Origin: Smithellaceae bacterium
GTDB lineage: Bacteria; Desulfobacterota; Syntrophia; Syntrophales; Smithellaceae
Assembly: GCA_963667845.2 (NCBI GenBank)
Contig: CAXXVL010000002.1
Span: forward strand, 1,856,001-1,920,000
DNA length: 64,000 bases
Reading direction: 5' to 3'
The notes under the pieces were generated by a model. It was given only the letters and a program-made list of their open reading frames with translations, was not told the origin of the DNA and ran no database searches. The position numbers were made by a program, and so were the translations under genes. The first letter of the stretch is position 1. Each line of letters begins with the position of its first letter. Below, piece after piece: positions 58,709 through 64,000 of this stretch.

Positions 58709-61700
58709 TCGGATCATTGACTTTTCGGCCCACAACAAATTGATCATTTTTATGATCATAGCCGCCATGGCACTTGCGGGCTGGTGGTCCATGAAACACC
58801 TGCCTCTCGATGCCATTCCGGATTTGTCGGAGACCCAGGTCATTATCTATTCCCGCTGGGACCGCAGTCCGGATATTGTGGAGGATCAGGTAACCTATCC
58901 CATCGTCACATCCATGCTGGGCGCACCCGGTGTTAAAACCGTGCGCGGATTTTCCGATTTCGGCTATTCGTTCGTTTACGTCATATTTGATGAAGGAACA
59001 GACCTATACTGGGCCCGGGCGCGAACGCAGGAGTATCTCGCAACGGCTCTGCAGCGGCTCCCCCAGGGGGTGCAGACCGAGTTGGGACCCGATGCCACAG
59101 GGCTGGGCTGGGCATTCCAGTATGTGCTTGTGGATTCTTCGGGAAAGCACAGCCTGGCGGATCTGCGTTCCTATCAGGATTGGACGCTGCGTTATTATCT
59201 CAAATCCGTCCAGGGTGTGGCGGAAGTGGCCGCCGTCGGCGGTTTCCGCAGGCAGTACCAGGTAAACCTCGATCCGAACCGTCTGCAATTTTATAATATT
59301 CCGGTCAACCGGGTGGTGGAGGCGGTCCGCGGCAACAACAATGATGCCGCAGGAAGGCTCATCGAATTCGGCGGGACGGAGTACATGGTCAGGGGCCGGG
59401 GCTATGCCCGGTCTGTTCAGGATTTTGGAAATATCGTGTTGTCCACAAGCGAGGGTGGTTCACCGATCCGCATCCGGGATGTGGGCGAGGTTTCCCTGGG
59501 GCCAGATCTCAGGCGCGGCATTGCCGATCTCAACGGGGAAGGGGATGCCGTTTCCGGTATCGTGGTCATGCGCCAGGGACAAAACGCCCTGGATGTGATC
59601 GAACGGGTCAAGAAGAAGATCCGGGAGATCGAACCGGGACTGCCGCCGGGCGTCAAAATTGTTCCCGTGTACGACCGGTCGGAGCTCATTAACCGGGCCA
59701 TCAGCAATCTGAAATCGACCCTGGTTGAGGTCATGATCACGGTGTCCCTGGTGGTTCTCCTGTTTCTCTGGCATATCCCGAGCGCTATTATTCCGATCAT
59801 CACCATTCCCGTCGCCATCCTTATTTCGTTTATTCCCTTCAGACTTCTGGGTGTCACGGCAAATATCATGTCGCTGGGGGGGATTGCTATTGCCATCGGC
59901 GCCATGGTTGATGCGGCGATTGTTGTTGTGGAGCAGACGCACAAGAAACTGGAGCTCTGGGACAGGGAGGGACGGAAAAGAGATTACCAGGACGTCATCA
60001 TCACGGCCGTCAAGGAAGTGGGAGGCACCAGTTTCTTTGCGCTCCTCATCATTGCCGTGTCTTTCCTTCCCGTTTTCGCGCTATCCGCGCAGGAAGGGCG
60101 TCTTTTTAAACCGCTGGCGTACACCAAGACACTCTCCATGATTGTCGCCGCCTTTCTGGCCATCACGCTGGATCCGGCGTTGAGGCTTTTTTTCACTCAC
60201 ATGAAGAGCTTCGATTTCCGTCCCCGCTGGATGTGCCGGGTCGCCAACACCGTGGCGGTTGGAAAAATCCATTCGGAGTCGGGCCACTTCATCAGCGGCT
60301 TCCTCATCCGTATTTACGAACCGGCCGTCAGCTGGTCGCTGCGCTGGAAGTGGCTGGTCATCGGTGTCGCGGTTGCCCTGGTGCTCGTGACCATACCTGT
60401 TTTCTCGAAGCTCGGCTCAGAGTTCATGCCTCCCCTGGATGAAGGCGCTCTCTTCTATATGCCCACGACGATGCCGGGGATTTCCGTTACCCAGGCGCAG
60501 AACCTGCTTCAGACCACCGACCGGATCATTAAACGCTTTCCGGAAGTAGATACAGTTCTGGGGAAGGCGGGCCGCGCCGAGACGTCAACCGATCCGGCGC
60601 CGTTTTCCATGCTGGAAACATTGATTACCCTCAAACCGAAAAGCCAATGGCGGAGAGTGGACACCTTTTATTCCGACTGGGCTCCGGAGTGGCTCAAACC
60701 CCTCTTGCGCCCGCTCTCGCCCGATACGCTTACGACGGCGCAACTGGTGAGTGAAATGAACGATGCCCTGACACTGCCCGGATTATCCAATGCGTGGACC
60801 ATGCCGATCAAGGGGCGGATTGATATGCTCACAACGGGTATCCGCACACCGGTTGGTCTTAAGATTTCGGGCGCCGACCTGGTGCAGATCGAGCAGATTG
60901 GTTCTCAGGTGGAATCAATCCTGCGGCAGGTGAAGGGGACCAGGAGTGTTTTTGCCGAACGGACCGGCGGAGGCTACTTTTTCGATATCGACTGGAACCG
61001 CGATGAACTGGCCCGCTACGGCCTCTCCATTGATCAGGCCCAGCAGGTCATCGCCAATGCCATCGGCGGGGAAAATATTGCCACCGCCATTTCCGGGCGG
61101 GAAAGATATCCGGTCAATGTGCGCTACATGCGTGATTTTCGCAGTAACCCTGAAGCTGTCGGCCGTATCCTGGTTCCGGTGGAAGACGGGAAGAAACAGA
61201 TTGCGCTTTCGCAGCTGGCAGAGATCAGCGTGGCGAGCGGGCCGGCCATGATCCGCGACGAGGATGGACTGCTGACCGGCTATGTCTTTGTCGATATTGC
61301 CGGCCAGGATCCGGGAAGTTATATTGATGAAGCGGACAAACTGCTCAGGACAAAAATAGAATTACCCGGCGGTTATGCCGTCACCTGGAGCGGCCAGTTC
61401 GAAGCAATGCAGCGGGTCCGGGAGCATCTTTATGTGGTTATCCCGCTGACCATTCTGCTCATCATCCTGCTTTTGTATCTGAACACAAGATCGCTCACGA
61501 AGACGGCCATTGTCCTTCTGGCTGTGCCGTTCTCGGCGGTCGGCGCCATCTGGTTTATTCATTTCCTTGGTTACAATATGAGCATCGGTGTCTGGGTAGG
61601 ACTCATCGCCCTGTTGGGCGTTGACGCCGAAATGGGGGTCTTCATGCTGCTTTACCTGGATCTGGCCTGCGCTGAAGCGAGGCAGCAGAATCGATTGAAC

Positions 61701-61970
61701 ACGCATGCCGACCTCCGGGCGGCCGTCATCTCGGGGGCTGCCAGACGCATCCGGCCCAAGTTTATGACCGTGGCCACGATGTTTTTGGGTCTTGTCCCCA
61801 TCATGTGGGCCAGCGGAACGGGCGCCGATGTCATGAAGCACATTGCCGCGCCGATGGTGGGAGGGATATTCACATCGTTTCTGATGGAGCTGATGGTTTA
61901 CCCTGCCGTCTATGAAATCTGGAAATGGAATTTTGAGATCAAAAAACAACAAGCTGCCGGGACAACATGA
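58701..61970 (+). CDS. cusA: CusA-family heavy-metal RND transporter
   Basis: LDAIPDLSETQVI, LGPDATGLGW; Cu(I) Met-triad contexts FYMPT, PFSMLET and RIDML. Confidence 0.95.
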   Translation: MINRIIDFSAHNKLIIFMIIAAMALAGWWSMKHLPLDAIPDLSETQVIIYSRWDRSPDIVEDQVTYPIVTSMLGAPGVKTVRGFSDFGYSFVYVIFDEGTDLYWARARTQEYLATALQRLPQGVQTELGPDATGLGWAFQYVLVDSSGKHSLADLRSYQDWTLRYYLKSVQGVAEVAAVGGFRRQYQVNLDPNRLQFYNIPVNRVVEAVRGNNNDAAGRLIEFGGTEYMVRGRGYARSVQDFGNIVLSTSEGGSPIRIRDVGEVSLGPDLRRGIADLNGEGDAVSGIVVMRQGQNALDVIERVKKKIREIEPGLPPGVKIVPVYDRSELINRAISNLKSTLVEVMITVSLVVLLFLWHIPSAIIPIITIPVAILISFIPFRLLGVTANIMSLGGIAIAIGAMVDAAIVVVEQTHKKLELWDREGRKRDYQDVIITAVKEVGGTSFFALLIIAVSFLPVFALSAQEGRLFKPLAYTKTLSMIVAAFLAITLDPALRLFFTHMKSFDFRPRWMCRVANTVAVGKIHSESGHFISGFLIRIYEPAVSWSLRWKWLVIGVAVALVLVTIPVFSKLGSEFMPPLDEGALFYMPTTMPGISVTQAQNLLQTTDRIIKRFPEVDTVLGKAGRAETSTDPAPFSMLETLITLKPKSQWRRVDTFYSDWAPEWLKPLLRPLSPDTLTTAQLVSEMNDALTLPGLSNAWTMPIKGRIDMLTTGIRTPVGLKISGADLVQIEQIGSQVESILRQVKGTRSVFAERTGGGYFFDIDWNRDELARYGLSIDQAQQVIANAIGGENIATAISGRERYPVNVRYMRDFRSNPEAVGRILVPVEDGKKQIALSQLAEISVASGPAMIRDEDGLLTGYVFVDIAGQDPGSYIDEADKLLRTKIELPGGYAVTWSGQFEAMQRVREHLYVVIPLTILLIILLLYLNTRSLTKTAIVLLAVPFSAVGAIWFIHFLGYNMSIGVWVGLIALLGVDAEMGVFMLLYLDLACAEARQQNRLNTHADLRAAVISGAARRIRPKFMTVATMFLGLVPIMWASGTGADVMKHIAAPMVGGIFTSFLMELMVYPAVYEIWKWNFEIKKQQAAGTT

Positions 61971-62506
61971 AAAATTGCAAACCACAAATAGAAAATCTGC
62001 GTGACAAAACAGCCGGACGGATCACCCTGGCACTGGTGGTGCTGCTGCTGACTCTGCCGGCCTTGCCGTGCACCGCCGGCGCCACGCTGCGCATCGGTGA
62101 TCTGTTGCCGCCGCTGACGCTTTCCTCGGTTGATGGAACTGTTATCCGAATTCCTGAAAGCCTCAGCGGCAAAGTTGTGATTCTCCATTTCTGGCAGATC
62201 GGTTGTTCATCCTGCCGTCTGGAGATGCCGGCGATGGATCATCTTTACAGCGCGTACCGGAAGAAAGGGTTGGAAATTTTAGCGATCAATGTCGGACAGA
62301 AAAGAGATGCCGTGAAGTCCTTTGCCTCCGATCTGAAAGTGTCCTTTCCGATCCTGGTCGATGCGGACTCAAAGAGTGCCGCCTTATATGGCGTGACGGA
62401 TGTGCCCAGAACTTATGTGATAGACCGCAGCGGTGTGATCCGGTATCGGATGCTCGGTGGTGCCGCTCCGGAAATATTGAAGAAGCTGGTCCTCAGTCTT
62501 CTATAG
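61967..62506 (+). CDS. TlpA-family thiol:disulfide oxidoreductase
   Basis: HFWQIGCSSCRLEMP; YGVTDVPRT; signal or anchor segment. Confidence 0.88.
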   Translation: MKNCKPQIENLRDKTAGRITLALVVLLLTLPALPCTAGATLRIGDLLPPLTLSSVDGTVIRIPESLSGKVVILHFWQIGCSSCRLEMPAMDHLYSAYRKKGLEILAINVGQKRDAVKSFASDLKVSFPILVDADSKSAALYGVTDVPRTYVIDRSGVIRYRMLGGAAPEILKKLVLSLL

Positions 62507-62607
62507 ATGGATGGATATGGGGGGCAGGCGGCGGAGTTCAGTTGGCGGTGTCGTCAACGAGGGGTTCGGATAGACAGAAAAAACCATCAAGTTAAGGAGG
62601 TATCAAG

Positions 62608-62934
62608 ATGAAAAAAATGTTTGCTATGTTTATTCTGGTTTTATTTATGGTGCCGACTGTCAGCTTTGCTGACGGCGCGGGGGATTATCAAGCTAGATGC
62701 GCAGTCTGCCATGGGGTGAAAGGCAATTTGGTTCCCAGAACGGCCGAACGCTTGAAAGTAGACGCCAAAAAGCTTTCCCTTAAGTCCAGTACATTGAACA
62801 GAGAGGCGATGATTGCCATGACGGAAAAGGGCAAGGATAAAATGCCCTCCTTTGAGAAAGTTCTGACAAAGGAACAGATCACCGCCATTATTGATTATGT
62901 GCAGTCTTTAAAGAAAGCAGCGCCGAAAAAATAG
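62608..62934 (+). CDS. monoheme class I cytochrome c
   Basis: Signal peptide, CAVCH and distal MPSF; SD AGGAGG. Confidence 0.92.
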   Translation: MKKMFAMFILVLFMVPTVSFADGAGDYQARCAVCHGVKGNLVPRTAERLKVDAKKLSLKSSTLNREAMIAMTEKGKDKMPSFEKVLTKEQITAIIDYVQSLKKAAPKK

Positions 62935-63237
62935 AGGGGTGATGCGGGACTGTAAAGCCGGTCTGAGCACAGAACAATTGCGGGCATGGCGGATTAGATC
63001 ATCGCCGGCATGAAAAAGAAGTAGAAGTTAATTGGTTCTCTGATGAACGTCTACGATGTGTGTGCGCTTGCAGGCACAATGTGCCTCCGTGGCACTGTGT
63101 AAAAAAAGCAGCCGTTCGCGGCTTTGATTTTCTGAACCGATACCCGTTTACAGGGTTTGGATGGATGGAGGGTTAAACCCCGGGTGAGCGCTGGAATTCC
63201 CGACTGCTCAATCATCAGTTCGAGGAGAACGCCATCG

Positions 63238-63765
63238 ATGGAAGCTTATTTGCGGATCGGGAGGAGAAACTTTTTAAAAGTGAGCGCGGCAGCCTCTCTG
63301 AGCTTTGTTCTGCCCAAGTGGTTGGCCGGCCGTGCCGATGCTGCCATGCGGGTGGGCGATGTGCCGGAGCCGACGATCCTGACGGATCTTCAAGGCAGGC
63401 AGCTCATTGTCCCGTCCGATTTGATGGGGAAAGTCTTGTTGCTTCATTTTTGGGCAAGTTGGTGCCCCACTTGCCACGGGGAGATGACCGCGCTCGAGTC
63501 CGCCTACATAAAATACCGGAAAAGAGGCGTGGTCGTATGCTCGATAGACCTGGGAGAAAAACGGGAAGCCGTCGTGGCGTATATCAGGAATATGAATATT
63601 TCGTACCCGATTTTACTGGACCCGAATTCATCGACACGCAAGCTGTTCGGTGTTTCCGGTGTTCCGACCTATTTTGTGCTCACCCGTAAAGGGGCTGTCC
63701 GATTTAAAATTATCGGTGCAGCCGACAAGGACGGATTGGATCGAATGATCAGGACGCTGTTGTAG
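63238..63765 (+). CDS. TlpA-family oxidoreductase with twin-arginine-like signal
   Basis: GRRNFLK...ADA; FWASWCPTC; FGVSGVPT; SD GAGGAG. Confidence 0.88.
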   Translation: MEAYLRIGRRNFLKVSAAASLSFVLPKWLAGRADAAMRVGDVPEPTILTDLQGRQLIVPSDLMGKVLLLHFWASWCPTCHGEMTALESAYIKYRKRGVVVCSIDLGEKREAVVAYIRNMNISYPILLDPNSSTRKLFGVSGVPTYFVLTRKGAVRFKIIGAADKDGLDRMIRTLL

Positions 63766-63766
63766 A

Positions 63767-64000
63767 ATGAAAAAATATAAATTTATTCCGGCTGCGATAG
63801 TCCTCATTATTCTGCTGTGCGCCCCCATGAGCTACGGGGCGCTTTGCAGTGAAGAACCGGGCGCCGGTCTAATCTGCTTTTGTTGTCGGGATGCCGGAAA
63901 AACGTGCCCGATGATTTCCTGTGCCTGCTCGCGGGACCAAATCGATCAGGATGTCTCCAGAATAACGCCGGAAATGTCAGTCCGGATGCCGGATGTGAAT
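63767..64000 (+). CDS. small Cys-rich exported protein, 3'-truncated by window edge
   Basis: Manual translation MKKYKFIPAAIVLIILLCAPMSYGALC...ICFCCRDAGKTCPMISCAC..., open to the window end. Confidence 0.55.
   Translation, partial: MKKYKFIPAAIVLIILLCAPMSYGALCSEEPGAGLICFCCRDAGKTCPMISCACSRDQIDQDVSRITPEMSVRMPDVN

Overview
Bacterial chromosomal window, probably from an anaerobic deltaproteobacterium (Desulfobacterota, Syntrophales-like). The taxonomy is inferred from gene content only. There are four blocks. (1) ~1-10.4 kb: the right part of a mostly AT-rich integrative element ending at tRNA-Glu. It carries sensor/regulator genes, small cargo genes, IHF-alpha, a DinB with no canonical start codon, and an unusual sigma54 activator with a C-terminal hydrophobic helix. 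That activator is divergent from a UAS-like palindrome, IHF site and -24/-12 promoter, which point into a hairpin-rich leader, a xis-like gene and a tyrosine integrase. (2) 10.5-21.1 kb: PolX, a nitroreductase, a FadR-type regulator with an unassigned glycyl-radical enzyme, its activase and a flavin-binding partner, then prmA-rsmE-RDD and tRNA-Phe. (3) 21.1-23.1 kb: a decayed 2 kb islet bounded by a 44 bp duplication of the tRNA-Phe 3' end. (4) 24.2-64 kb: a co-oriented ~40 kb cluster. It contains an FKBP foldase, a 1525 aa secreted multicopper oxidase (Geobacter OmpB-like) with repeat, Ig-like and propeller domains, a Wzx/Wzy polysaccharide cluster, a type II secretion operon, CusB/CusA, two TlpA redoxins and a c-type cytochrome. 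The best candidates for an undescribed system are block 4, the sigma54-controlled xis/int module and the glycyl-radical enzyme operon. All calls come from reading motifs by eye; no database searches were run.
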